Part shown: in pieces, positions 26,415-41,051 of the stretch | Position numbering within the stretch: position 1 is the first letter of the stretch | Layout: each line of letters starts with the position of its first letter | Assembly: GCA_964016885.1 (NCBI GenBank) | Contig: OZ024755.1 | Location: 38,068,001 to 38,132,000 of the forward strand | Origin: Eledone cirrhosa | Lineage: Eukaryota | DNA length: 64,000 bases | Direction of reading: 5' to 3' | Made by a program: the position numbers and the translations under genes | Notes under the pieces: model-generated | Told to the model about the DNA's origin: nothing | What the model saw: the letters and a program-made list of their open reading frames with translations, nothing else | The model's database searches: none

Positions 26415-27505
26415 AGGTATACTTGACACCTAGCTTTCTCCTAGTCTTCTGGTAAATTCCCCTGCTACTCCCATTACGCCAATCTTTCCAAGCCTGTCTT
26501 TTGGCCTTAATTGTCTCGTCTACTTTACTATTCCACCACCAAGTAACTCTCTATCTCCCTAGAGACCTACTCCGGCCACAGATTTCATCTGTCACCTTCA
26601 CTAGGTTACCTTTCATGAACTCCCACTGTTCCTCTATATTGTAAGTCTCTATTTGCTCTTCCTTACTGTTGAAGGCGTCAGTCAACATATTTCTAAATTT
26701 GTTACTGTTAGATGGGTCTTTTAACTTCCACACTCATCTCCTCCAGGTTAGCTTCTGCTGTTGAGTTCTTCAGGTTAGCTTCTGCTGTTGAGTTCTTCAG
26801 GTTAGCTTCTGCTGTTGAGTTCTTCAGGTTAGCTTCTGCTGTTGAGTTCTTCAGGTTAGCTTCTGCTGTTGAGTTCTTCAGGTTAGCTTCTGCTGTTGAG
26901 TTCTTCAGGTTAGCTTCTGCTGTTGAGTTCTTCAGGTTAGCTTCTGCTGTTGAGTTCTTCAGGTTAGCTTCTGCTGTTGAGTTCTTCTAGCCCAGACTAT
27001 AAGGTTGCTAACTACTAAGTTATGTTGGGAGGTGCATTCTTCACTGGGGAGGGACTTTCTGTTCACAACAGTCACTCTGTCTCGTCTTCTGATAAGAAGG
27101 AAATCTAACTGGCTTGTGTGTTCACTTGATCTATAGGTGATTAAGTGGTTGTCTTATTTCCTGAAGTTTGTGTTACAGATGGATAGATCTTTTACATCAC
27201 AGAATTCCAGCAGTGTGAAGCCTTCCTAGTTTCTAGGACTGAACCCGTAATCCCCAGTGATCCAGCTTAAACCCTTGCATGTTAAAATCACCTGCAATGA
27301 ATATGAGGTTGCTGTCATTTATTTGGGAAGTAGTGTGCATTAGGGACTCGTAGAACCTGTCTTTTAGTACATCTGGCAGTCCAGATTGAGGTGCATAAGC
27401 AGATATAACTGTCATCGTTATATTTAGTACATGTCTAAGTTTAATTATTCTGTCATTTACTGTATTTACAGCAATTACTTTGTCTCCCCATTTTTCTGCT
27501 ACCAA
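26415..27505 (-). mobile_element. RTE-clade LINE fragment (APE endonuclease and linker), degenerate
   Basis: [29 protein letters not shown] and TWWWN motifs; stops and frameshifts. Confidence 0.85.
26744..26987. repeat. 27-bp perfect tandem repeat x9 inside the RTE fragment
   Basis: caggttagcttctgctgttgagttctt. Confidence 0.95.
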
Positions 27506-29989
27506 CCCACACACACACACATGCTCGCACACACACACACACACACACATGCTCGCACACACACACACACACACACATGCTCGCACGCACACACACACAT
27601 GCTCGCACGCACATACATTCACACGCACACACACACACACACACACATTCATTTATACATATTTACGTTCATTTGACATTTCCAATTATTTCTGAGTAAC
27701 CCTTCACTCAGTGCAATAAAAATAATAAGTTAGTATATTTTTCTGAACTGAAAGACGTCTGAGAGAAGAAAGATAAAGTAATGTCCAGTTGTCCAGTTAC
27801 TAACTTCTCTGTAATTTTGAACCATTTCATTGGTTAGGGTTAGGGTTAAGGTTCTTTATTGGTTCTTTGACAAATAAATGTTTCATGTAATATTGAAGAA
27901 TGATAGCTTGTATCTGTCTTAGTATCATTTGAGGATGAAAGGACAAAGAAGCTGATTGTTTTGCTATGTGTCTTAAAAGATAAACAAACTGCTTGTAATT
28001 TTCTCCAAATCCATGTATATATGTATGTCACTCTGTCTCTCTGTGTGTCTGTCTGTGTGTGTGTCTGTCTCTGTGTGTGTCTGTCTCTGTGTGTGTATGT
28101 GTGTGTGTCTGTCTCTGTGTGTGTATGTGTGTCTGTCTCTGTGTGTGTGTGTCTGTCTCTGTGTGTGTATGTGTGTGTGTCTGTCTCTGTGTGTGTATGT
28201 GTGTGTGTCTGTCTCTGTGTGTGTATGTGTGTGTGTCTGTCTCTGTGTGTGTGTGTCTGTCTCTGTGTGTGTATGTGTGTGTGTCTGTCTCTGTGTGTGT
28301 ATGTGTGTGTGTCTGTCTCTGTGTGTGTATGTGTGTGTGTCTGTCTCTGTGTGTGTATGTGTGTGTGAGAGAGGGGGGGGGGGGAAACGCATCGTTAATA
28401 CTTCATTAACCAAGTAGCTAAAGCTTTTGGATGTTTTTTTTGTTTATGTTTATCACAGCAAAAACCCGTACGATTGCGAGTCGCTGCCGGGAAAGGCAGG
28501 CGACAGGGCGGCGTGTATACGCGACACGACACCTTCCACCCGGTAAACGTTCCCTTATCCATCCACGCCTCCCCGCTTCGATCGCGAGAAAGAACGCAAC
28601 CCGCCGGCGAGGCGGTTCTGCCGCCGACCTGTTGCAAGTAGGCACCGGGGAAACCGACCGCTCACGGTTATATCTACTCGGCCAGGGGGTCCTGTCTATT
28701 ATATAGGGTAGGATAGAGGCCTATATCTTGCTGACTACCAACTGTATTTTGTCATAGCACCAGTACTAGGGTGGTTGCCATGTCTTTGACACAGCTGAAG
28801 AGTCCACCACACCACACCTTATTAATTATATTTATCATCATCGTTGTTGTTTTTACACCCACATTTTCATGCTGGTATGGGTTGCATGAGACTTTGCTGA
28901 GGTGAATTCTCTATGGATAGATCCTATTCTGATGCTAACCTATATTGGGATGAATTTCCATGGGTCATGTTGAAAAAGGAATTCAAAATGATTCTCTTCT
29001 CTACATGCTACACAAACTTGTTTCATTTTGTGAGCCACTTTGACATTATTACATTTTTTTTTACCAAAAAAATAACCCCACAGAATAGTTTTAATATACC
29101 ATCGAAACCATTGAGGCCTACATTGTAGAAATCAAATCAAATCAAGTTAAGAGGAATGAAACTTAATTGATAAGGGCCTATTTTGGCAGTATCGGTAGAG
29201 GGTCAGACACCATGCTTTCCAGCATAGTTACGTCTCTTTACGATCTGAGTTCAAATCCCGCCGAGGTTGACGTTGCCTTTCATCCTTACGGGGTCGATAA
29301 AAATAAAGTACCAGTAATGCACTGGGTAATTGCTGGCCTTGTGCCTAAAGTAGAAACAATTATTTCTCTTTATGTTCTGCCGAGGTTAACTTTGCCTTTC
29401 ATCCTTACGGAGGTCGATAAAATAAAGTACCAGTAATGCACTGGATAATTGCTGGCCTTTTGCCAAATCTAGAAACAATTATTTCTCTTTACTGTCTCAA
29501 ATTAGTATTTAAACTTGGTATGGCGTGGATCCAGAACCCCTGATGGGGTCATAGAGGTGCCATATTGATATATGATGTTTCTTATGGCATTTTAAAACCT
29601 GGCAGAGCCCATCCCTCTCCAGGCCTGAGTATGACAGATTTCTTCTAGAGAAGGATAGAGAGTGAGAGAGAATAAATGAGAAAGAGTTATTGAGGAAGAA
29701 TTGACCTCAGGATTATACTGGTACCTTATTTTATGAATAAAGAATGAAAGAATGAAAGTCAAAGTTAACCTCAGCGGGATTTGAACTCAGAAAGCAGAAA
29801 GCCAGAATAAATACTGCAAAGCATTCTATCTGATGTTCTAATGACTCTGCCAATGTGCTGCCTTACTTGTAGTCACTTATAGTGTCTTCTCTCTGACTAT
29901 ACTTGTTAATTCAAAACAGAAAACAACAATAAAAAACAGTAAAGAATCTGATGTATTTGTTTTGATGTTTATATATTTCTTAAGAAGAT

Positions 29990-30111
29990 GTGAACATGTG
30001 TGTATCATGACTCGTGCACTGTTCATTTTACTGATGTTTGTGCATTGCCCTATGTACTGTACATGCACTTTTTGATGAGTTGTGGTGCACCTGGGCACTG
30101 TACACAATATT

Positions 30112-30142
<31 letters not shown>

Positions 30143-30365
30143 GGTTGACTTTGCCTTTCATCCTTACGGGGTCGATAAAATAAAGTACCAGTAATTGCTG
30201 GCCTTGTGCCTAAAGTAGAAACAATTATTATTATTATATCATGACTCATACACTGTTCATTTTCCTGACATTTGTACATTATTCTACGTACTATACATGC
30301 ACCTTTGATGAGTTGTAGTGCACCTGAGCACTGTACACAATAATTTCATTATTATTATTATTATA
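29990..30365 (+). mobile_element. Two CR1-type 3' tail fragments with an intervening SINE B fragment
   Basis: gatgagttgtagtgcacctgagcactgtacacaa..(ATT)n, matching the 3' end of the CR1 at 47075-47200; another copy at 60855-60980 (-). Confidence 0.7.
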
Positions 30366-32074
30366 TTTACTTCATCATTTTACGTCTACTTTTCCTACTG
30401 ACATAAATGTTGTGGGTTAGTGTGGTCCAAAACAATCTCATATCATGAATCATATTCTCTTTAATGACACCTTATTCTTTAAATCCATTATTTCAAACAA
30501 AACTTTGGAGAGAAAAAAACAACAGTTTTTAATTATTAATTCCTGGGTTGTATTGCTTGGCAAGAGACTTAATGTAAGGTCATGTATTGTGTTGAGATTC
30601 TCATCAGGTTTAGCCACATTGTAGATATTAAACACATGCATTCACACATACACACACACACATAAACATACATTCACACACACACATACACATACACACA
30701 CACATACACATACATTCACACATACACATACATTCACATATACACACACACATACACATACACACACATACACATGCATTCACACACATACACATACACA
30801 CACACACATATACACACTCATACACACACACATACACTCTGTTGTACTTCATCATCAAGATCTTCAGTGTCATTGTGGGTATTAAAAACATACAGACATG
30901 CACACACACAGATACATACATACACACAGATACATACATACACACGCACACATACAGAGATACACACACACACACACACTCACACACACACACACACAGA
31001 GATACACACACACTCAGATATATACACACACGCACAGAGATACACACAGGACACACACACATACACACACTCACACGCACACACAGATACACACACACAT
31101 ATACACACACATACACCCACACACACACTTACAGAGATACACACGCACACACAGATACACACACACTCACAGAGATACACACACACACACAGATACACAT
31201 ACACACTTACACACACACACACTCACATGCACACACAGACACACACTCTCACACAGATACACGCACAGGACGCTCACACACACACAGATACACGGACACA
31301 CACTCACACACACACAGATACACTCACACAAATACACACACTCACACAGTTTTATTTACCTTTACTGTAGTGTCCATCCCCATCACCACTGTTTTACATC
31401 TATATTCCACGCTAGCATGGGTTAGACAAGTTGTTCTGTTGTAAGCAAGTCAGTATTATTTTATAATAATTGTTTCTACTTTTGGCACAAGGCCATCAAT
31501 CACCTCCAGTATATTACTGGTACTTTATTTTATCGACCCGTAAGAATGAAAGGCAAAATTAACCTCGGTGGGATTTGAACTCAGACCGTAAAGGGCCGTA
31601 ACTCTATGCTGCAAAGCATGGTGTCCAACCCTATACCGATACTGCCAATCCCCTACCCTTCTTATTTTGTAATAATTTGCCAGGTGGTGCTATTAAGTTA
31701 GACATGTCCTGGGCCAATACTGACCGAATCCTATCAAAGTTATAGCGTATATAGTGAGCCAGCATCTTGTGTGGTAAAACACAGGTAAAATTCCATTATA
31801 ATGAATACCATTATAACAAATATTTCAGTATAACGAAATTATTTCAGTCTCTGGGGTAATAACAAACAAACACTTGATTAGTTTTGGTCGATCTCATTAT
31901 AAAGAAATTTTTGTTACAACAAATTAATTTTTATACTCCGTGAATTTCATTATAACAGAATTTCCCTGTTGTGTGATTTTGAATATACTCATAAAATACC
32001 TTTCAAAAATTAAACAAAACAAAAAAAAAAGAAGCTTTAAAATTTTATGTCCTGTTTAACACAAAACCACATCA

Positions 32075-32290
32075 CCCAATGTAAGGACGAAAACCCCAAT
32101 ACCCAATGTAAGGACGAAAAACCCCAATACCCAATGTAAGGACGAAAACCCCAATACCCAATGTAAGGACGAAAACCCCAATACCCAATGTAAGGACGAA
32201 AAACCCTAATACCCAATGTAAGGACGAAAACCCCAATACCCAATGTAAGGACGAAAAACCCTAATACCCAATGTAAGGATGAAAACCCTA
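32075..32290. repeat. 27-28-bp minisatellite, ~8 copies
   Basis: cccaatgtaaggacgaaaaccccaata. Confidence 0.95.
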
Positions 32291-32639
32291 ACACCCTTTC
32301 GATATAAATTTGTCCTGTATTTTCTGAACTTGTTTGTGAGGAGGGGAAATTTGATTAAATCAACCCCAGTACTTGACTGGTGCTATATCAACCCAGAAGG
32401 GACTAATAATAAAGTTGAACTAATAATAAAGTACGTATGTTTCAGTAACTACGATAACAATGTATTTTATATTTATGTAGTATTAGTTATTTCTTGGAAC
32501 CTTAAATCAGTATTTCACTAATTTTCTTTTTACTTTCTGTATTGTTTATATATATATATATGTGTGTGTATATATATATATATATATAATAATGAAATGA
32601 CAGGAGGCTGGATTTGTGTAAATCCTTGAAAGGTTTATT

Positions 32640-32697
32640 ATACTATGATCATTTCAATGACCGGGTTCCATATGAATCCGGTGATATCATCAGGTAT
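32640..32697 (-). ncRNA. Minimal type I hammerhead ribozyme (same family as 44329/44457)
   Basis: Minus strand: atac-CTGATGA-tatcaccggattc..gaacccggtcatt-GAAAT-gatc-ATA^-gtat. Confidence 0.7.
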
Positions 32698-32809
32698 TTG
32701 AAATATAATACGTGAATGTAATAGATAAAATCCATGGGGCTGAAAATCGAGGACCCGAGGGCGACCGCTATTCTGTTCCTTCAACCTCAGCCGGTCGCCT
32801 ATATATATT

Positions 32810-33323
<514 letters not shown>

Positions 33324-33662
33324 CATATATATATTATTTCAAAATATTAATAAATATAGACATTCATGTGATCAAATATATTTTATTATACATATTTCAG
33401 AGGTACTGAGCTATTTCAACAGTACGTCCTCATCAGATAAAATAAATTGATGTCTGACATACCTTGACTGTGTTGATGGTTATAATTCAGTCATATATAT
33501 AATGATATTGTTGTTTCTGTTACTAACTTACTTTCACATATGTTTTGAGACCAGCTGTGGCATTGAAAGACAAAATGGTGAGACAGAGAATGTTTGAAGT
33601 GTCTGTCTGTAAGTGGTAAATCTTTTATCATTAAAATGTTGATGTCTTATTTTGTGTTGCAG

Positions 33663-33765
33663 ATGATACAGGCTATAGGTCAGCATCAGAGGCCAGACCT
33701 TATTCCGGTGTCAATACATTTGAAAGAAACCGAAGTAAATCTGTATCATCAAGAGATAGAAGAAG
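33663..33765 (+). CDS. SORBS: Exon (103 nt, phase 1-2) of SORBS/CAP-family gene: xDTGYRSASEARPYSGVNTFERNRSKSVSSRDRR
   Basis: ttttgtgttgcAG acceptor and AG|GTAAAC donor; splices in frame to the 34527 exon (AG+C = Ser). Confidence 0.75.
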
Positions 33766-34526
33766 GTAAACACTGTTGCTTTAGTTATATATAACGGAAA
33801 CCAGTTAACAGGAGTGATAGTAATAGAGCCAGTGATGGTTGGGTCATGTGTTGAGGAAAGATGGGAGTGAGATGGTTGGGTCATGTGTTGAGGAAAGTGA
33901 CTGGGTGAGAGGAGTGATGGAATGAATGTGGAATGAAGATATCATTGAGAATGATAGAGGAAGAAATGAAAGTTGGTGAGGCAGGGTACAGACAATAGGG
34001 TAGAATGGAGAAGCTATGTGTGTGTGTGTGTGTGTGTCTGTATGCGTGTGTGTGTGTCTTTGCTTCACATTTGCTATTGGTAACTTAGCTGGTGATGCTT
34101 CTTTATGTCCTGCATAAACAGAAATAGTGTTCAACCCCTGCCAACATGGAGAAGCAGACTTAATATCAATGATAACACACACACTGCAACATGTATGCCC
34201 ACATCTATTTCTTAAATGGGTATGTGTGACAGCTCACACCTATGCAGGTTTAGCTGGCCTCCTCCAAGGTATATCTCGTTGGAGGTGTCTTGGGTAATTT
34301 AATGATAGGGACCCCAGTCCTATCATCTCATTTCTACAGCTGAGTAAACTGGAGTAACATGAAATAAAGTGTCTTGCTCAAGGAAACAAGACATCACCCG
34401 GTCTGAGAATTGAACTCACGACCTTTTGATTGCAAGCCCAATGTTCTAACCACTAAGCCATGTGACTTCACTTATTTCTGAAATACTCAATGTTGTTTTC
34501 TTTGTCTTCTATTTCTATTATTTTAG

Positions 34527-34641
34527 CCCTTGGAGTCCTCCTGATGCTCGTGCCAATCTCTCTGTTTACAAAATTCAACCCCGTAGTATTGTTGATTACG
34601 AGCCAGGCTGTTCTTCCATTGCATTTAAAGAAACCAAGCCA
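34527..34641 (+). CDS. SORBS: Exon (115 nt, phase 2-0) of a sorbin and SH3 domain-containing (SORBS/CAP) gene: SPWSPPDARANLSVYKIQPRSIVDYEPGCSSIAFKETKP
   Basis: Pyrimidine tract + AG, GTAAGT donor; ungapped match (from memory) to the vertebrate SORBS1 segment [30 protein letters not shown]. Confidence 0.85.
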
Positions 34642-34816
34642 GTAAGTAGATCTATATACTCTTTTACTCTTTTACAGCCATCCGGCTGAGGCCATGCTGG
34701 GGCACCACATTATAGAACTATTTCATATCATTTGCTGTTATTTTTCTGAAGGTGACATCTCTAAATTTTCAGTTTGAAATTGGATTCAAATTTTGTTGTC
34801 ATTTTCTGTTTATATT

Positions 34817-36320
34817 TTGTAAGGTGGTAGTGCTGGTGCCACTACAAAAAGCACCCAGTCTACCCTGTAAGGGGTAGTGTTGGAGTCATCACAAAAACAC
34901 ACAATCCATCCTGTAAGGTGGTAGTGCTGGTGCCATGTCAAAAAGAATCCAGTCTACCCTGTAAGGTGGTAGTGCTGGTGCCATCACAAAAATCACCCAA
35001 TCCATCCTGTAAGGTGGTAGTGTTGGTGCCATGACAAAAAGCACCCAGTCTACTCTGTAAGGTGGTAGTGCTGGTGCCATCACAAAAATCACCCAGTCTA
35101 CTCTGTAAGGTGGTAGTGCTGGTGCCACGACAAAAAGCACCCAGTCTACCCTGTAAGGTGGTAGTGCTGGTACCATCACAAAAATCACCCAGTCTACTCT
35201 GTAAGGTGGTAGTGCTGGTGCCACGACAAAAAGCACCCAGTCTACTCTGTAAGGTGGTAGTGCTGGTGCCATCACAAAAATCACCCAGTCTACTCTGTAA
35301 GGTGGTAGTGCTGGTGCCACGACAAAAAGCACCCAGTCTACCCTGTAAGGTGGTAGTGTTGGAGCCATCACAAAAACACACAATCCATCCTGTAAGGTGG
35401 TAGTGCTGGTGCCATGTCAAAAAGCACCCAGTCTACTCTGTAAGGTGGTAGTGCTGGTGCCATTACAAAAAGCACCCAGTCTACTCTGTAAGGTGGTAGT
35501 GCTGGTGCCATCACAAAAATCACCCAATCCAGCCTGTAAGGTGGTAGTGTTGGTGCCATGACAAAAAGCACCCAGTCTACCCTGTAAGGTGGTAGTGCTG
35601 GTACCATCACAAAAATCACCCAATCCATCCTGCAAGGTGGTAGTGCTGGTGCCATCACAAAAATCACCCAGTCTACTCTGTAAGGTGGTAGTGCTGGTAC
35701 CATCACAAAAATCACCCAATCCATCCTGTAAGGTGGTAGTGCTGGTGCCATCACAAAAATCACCCAGTCTACTCTGTAAGGTGGTAGTGCTGGTGCCATC
35801 ACAAAAATCACCCAATCCATCCTGTAAGGTGGTAGTGCTGGTGCCATCACAAAAATCACCCAGTCTACTCTGTAAGGTGGTAGTGCTGGTACCATCACAA
35901 AAATCACCCAATCCATCCTGTAAGGTGGTAGTGCTGGTGCCATCACAAAAATCACCCAGTCTACTCTGTAAGGTGGTAGTGCTGGTGCCATCACAAAAAT
36001 CACCCAATCCATCCTGTAAGGTGGTAGTGCTGGTGCCATCACAAAAATCACCCAATCCATCCGCTAAGGTGGTTGTGCTGGTGCCATCACAAAAATCACC
36101 CAATCCATCCTGTAAGGTGGTTGTGCTGGTGCCATGGAAAAAGTACATGCTGTAAAGTGGTTGGCATTGGGAAGGGCATCCAACTATAGAAACCAAACCA
36201 GAAATGGAGCGTACTCCTATGAGCAAGATGCAGTCACCTGAGCAATCTAGCTTCAATACATAAGCCATATAACCCATGCAAGCATGATGTTACACTGTAA
36301 TAATGTTGATGATGATGACA
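34817..36320 (+). repeat. 48-bp minisatellite (~27 copies) running into an RTE/SINE 3' tail (36140-36320)
   Basis: Unit aaaaagcacccagtctactctgtaaggtggtagtgctggtgccatcac is homologous to the repeated module of the SINE A/RTE tail. Confidence 0.9.
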
Positions 36321-36817
36321 AACATATGTGACATAAAACCAGGGGTAGTTTCAAGCAGTTTAGTATGAAAGGACTAAAGGAAAAATGTGATGGGGGTGAG
36401 CAGAAGGACATTAAGAGGGTTTTGCAATGAAGCAGAATGACTTTAATGTGTTGTAGTTGTGTGTCCAGGTATAGTTGATTACGATGACTTAATAACAAAG
36501 GTGTTTGAATGGGAAGAAGTGGGACGAGGATGAAAGGTAGATTGTTTGGTGTAAATAGATATGGGTATAGCTGAAGATCTTCAATGCATGACTGCAGATG
36601 AAAAGGGGATATACACACACATACACACGTCTACCCACACGAGCATGCACCTCACTATTGAGGTAGGGTGGTGGTAGTGTTGCTTTGATGACGGGTGTGC
36701 AGGTGGTATTGGTTGGAGGTAGGGGCATGGTTTATTTCAGTTTATTTTTCTTTATATATTATTGTTTCCACAAGCTTCAGAATTCATATGATATGACCTG
36801 GTATTCTATATAACTAC

Positions 36818-36848
<31 letters not shown>

Positions 36849-37235
36849 TATATATATATATATAATATATATATATAATATATATACGTGCGTGTGTGTG
36901 TCTGTATGAATATATTCATATTGATTTTTTTTTTTTTGTGAGTCTACATGACAACTGTTGCTAGTGAGTGTTGTTGTTGTTGTTGTTGTTATTTTACTTT
37001 GAGCCTATTAATTGACTAATACGGATAAACTAGTGTTGGCTGTCTACAGACCGGCACACTCAGTTAACTGGATTATATTTGGTTAGTAAATTATTTCCAT
37101 CATTTTATGAAGATGTCTTTTAAAAATGTCATCATGTCTGTATGTCATGATGGCTTTGTTTCTTTTTCACCATCAATCTGTTAGTTGAATTATTACTCAT
37201 GCAAATACACACACATTGCACATACACACATACAT

Positions 37236-37269
<34 letters not shown>

Positions 37270-37403
37270 CATAAAGTGTTCACAGTTTGAAGCCGAGGAA
37301 GATCTCATATCAATGTAGTAATTAATCTATGCTGAGCTGCGGAGTGGCCATAGCTAAAATGTATGGCTCCAATAAAGAGTCGTCTGTCCATTTCAACTTT
37401 GTT

Positions 37404-37450
<47 letters not shown>

Positions 37451-37740
37451 AAAGAGTCAGGACCCCAACGGTTGAGCTCCGGCCGTTTCCTGTTACCCAC
37501 TCTACTACCCTAAGTATTGAGTACTCTGGTGCGTTATGGTCCACCTGGTATCTTACCACACTTTCTTTGTTTTATATATATGTGTATATGTATATATACT
37601 TAGCCTATCCTAATGGAGGTCCCTTTCGCAGGCTTGCCTGGTTTGAACTGCTTTGTCGAGGAAAAATTGCATCTAAGCAAAGCATTGAGTTCTACTGTGA
37701 TTTGTAGACTTCTCTCTCACCAAACTGTGAACACATCATG

Positions 37741-37923
<183 letters not shown>

Positions 37924-38760
37924 TCCTTCCGTTGTTAATATGTTCATCACTGTAGTGGTTCTAAATCCCCTATGATTGAACACATATCTCTATGTACTTC
38001 TCTCTATATTCTGATTTGTAAAGAGCCTGGAATCTGTTCCTTGAACTCATCAAATTATAGAGGATGATTGTGAGTCTTTAACTCCACTTTTGAATTTCAT
38101 ATGATTTCTGCCGAATGAAACATTTCTAGTCCTGAAGAAGCCATTTCTATATTAAATATTTATACTCTGCTATGTATTGAGTACCTTATTTACTGTGGTT
38201 ACCCCTGATTGAACACGGGATATATATATTTATATATATTCCAAAATTTTTCTAGGAAAGTGAAACATAGCCTTTGTTTCTTCATATTCTTGTAGTATAT
38301 TTATTTTCTTCAATCCCAATCTATTCTCATGATTAATCTGTTTGATGCCACCAACCTCCTCCCAGAATTTACCTCTGCTTCTATGGTACAAAGCTGTCTA
38401 TTTTAATGTGGGTACAGTTATCTAAACATTTTCCATCATAATTTTATGTAAGAACCTTTGTTAAGTCATGTTCCAAATTCCAACTTTATGAGAGAGCTAA
38501 TTATATTACTAAATCCCTCCAAAAGTATCAATAACTAAAATGTCAATCTTTGTTCTTTATTCTTTTCCTAGTTTCAATCATTAGACCGTGGCTATGCTGG
38601 GGCACCACCTTTAAATGATTTAGGCTGTCATAACAACCCTAGTACTTATTTCTCCAAGTTTAGTTAGTGCCTTGTCAACCCTTGAGGTTACACAACATTA
38701 ACGCAAACACACACAAAAAATATTAGCTTTAAGTTTAAATTTATCTTCTTTTTTTTTTTA

Positions 38761-39397
38761 CCCTGTAGCATTTAAACCGGCTGTGTCCAGCCAGATTCTC
38801 TCACCTCTTTCTGTTCAAGCTGGTTGTAACCGGCCACTCATACTGATGTTAACGTATTGTTCTCAAAATAAATAATATCAAAATCTCATAGATTCGATAT
38901 TATGTGATATAATTATGTGAGGTAAAGACTTTACCATGAAAATACAATAGTATATATAGAGTAATGTAAATGTTATGTGAGGTAAAGACTTTACCATGAA
39001 AATACAATAGTATATATAATGTAAATATTATGTGAGATAAAGCCTTCAACATGAAAATATATTAGTATCGATCGACTTTCATCAAATCGGACCAAGGAAA
39101 CGTTTCCGTTGGTCTTTCCCATTGCTAATACTATCTATTGGTGGCAACTCCAGGTAGAAGGAGCAACGTGAAATAAAGTGTCTTGCTCAAGGACATAACA
39201 CATCGCCTGGTCCAGGAATCGAACTCACAACCTCACGATTGTGAATCTAATTCTCTAACCACTCAGCCACATGCCTTCACTAAATAATAGTATATATAGA
39301 GTAATGTAAATGCTATGAGAGATAATTATGTGAGGTAAAGCCTTTACCATGAAAATATAATAGTAAATATAATGAAATATAAATTCTAAAGGGTTAA
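38761..39397 (+). mobile_element. piggyBac-type MITE with internal repeats and a nested diverged SINE (~39066-39280, minus strand)
   Basis: ccctgtagcattta ... ctaaaggg-TTAA. Confidence 0.75.
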
Positions 39398-41016
39398 ACC
39401 TTTCCACTAATTTGTATCTAGGGTTTTATTTTCTATTTTTCTTTTTTCACCATTAACATTTTAAAATCTGTTTTTCTTCAAATTTCTGTAAATTGAATTA
39501 GAACTTTGAATATATAATTTAGACTATATTTTTTTAGTAGCATTCTTCTTTACTTCTGCATAGGTAGCACATATATTTGTCTATGTAGACCAAACCACCT
39601 GAAATTACCTCTGGTTCAATCATACAAAGCTGCTTATTTTAAAGTGTTTATATATATTTAAAAAACCTTCCATTATAATTTTCTCTAAGAACATTTGTTG
39701 TTTCAAATACCAACTTAATAATGAGAAAGTTAGTTATATTAATAAATGCCTTCAAATTCTTGATTATTTTCGAAATTATCTAAAAATACAAACTCATATT
39801 TGTTTTGTTTTTTTTTGCCTTAATTTTAGTAATATTTTATTTCAAAATACTCATTAGAAATAGTGTAGCAAAAGGACTAAACCACACACACACATACTCA
39901 CACTCACACACTCACTCTAATAAGGCCAGCAATTACCCCAGTGCATTACTGGTACTTTATTTTATCAACCCCGTAAGGATGAATGGCAAAATTAACTTTG
40001 GCGGGATTTGAACTTACACCGTAAAGAGCCGTAACACAATGCTGCAAAGCAGGGCGTCCAGCGCTTTACCGATACTGCCAATAATAATGATTTCTTTGTT
40101 AGCCCCACAGGGTTCATATTAAGGAGACATTAAAGACGGTACAGAACGATGCGGTGTGGGCTTTTTTGTATAGAATTTATAATGGATTAAGGAAATAAAC
40201 ATTTAAAAAAAACAAAGATAACAAGTTCCCCAAAGGTGAGGAGACTTCAAGGGTTACTTGTGGTGAAAGCCCACAAAAACCTCAGTCACACTGCCTGCTA
40301 GGGCAAGCACCTCTTCTCAGTTGTCCTCCCTCAAGTACACACTCAGGGTAGGTCCCTTCTTGCCTCATTTCACACGGGCCAAATAATATGGATGAGGTGT
40401 TAAATTTTCATTACATTTACTGAGATGTGACACACATTTTGCAATTGATCAGCTGAAGGTTCGATCTATATTGGGCCCGTCTCTGGAATCAAAACCTCAT
40501 TGAACTTCTGTTCTATATCATTGTATAGATCTAATCCATATTCAAAGGAGTAATATAGGTTATCATGTTTGTGTATATAATAATTGATTTTTTTAACTGT
40601 AGTTGTGAGCTAAGTTGATGTGATACGTTACCTTACCAGGGCAATAATTCTTTTGTTCACATCATGCTCTACACTACTACTACAGCAGATCGGCAGTACC
40701 GATAGAGCGTCAGACAACATGCTTTTCGGCACAGAGTTATGGCCCTTTATATTCTGAGTTCAAATCCTGCCGAGGTTAGCTTTGCCTTTCATCCTTACAG
40801 GTCGATAAAATAAAGTAGCAGTAATACACTGGGGGTAATTGCTGGCCTTGTGCCAAAAGTAGAAACAATTATCCAATTATATGAAGTGTAGACATGGCTG
40901 TATGGTTTCAGGTTCACTCACTGCTTGGTACCGTGGCCAAGTGTTTTCTACTATAGCTTCTGATTGTCAAATGCCTTGTCAGTGAAATTTGGTAGACAGT
41001 GACTGTAAAAGCCTGT

Positions 41017-41051
<35 letters not shown>

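Noticed and set aside
27833-27851. Interstitial telomeric repeat ttagggttagggttaagg
   Set aside because: Only 2-3 units; too short to be meaningful.
33400-33445. Minus-strand CTGATGA-ggacgtactgtt-GAAAT
   Set aside because: Helix III and helix I cannot be formed; not counted as a ribozyme.
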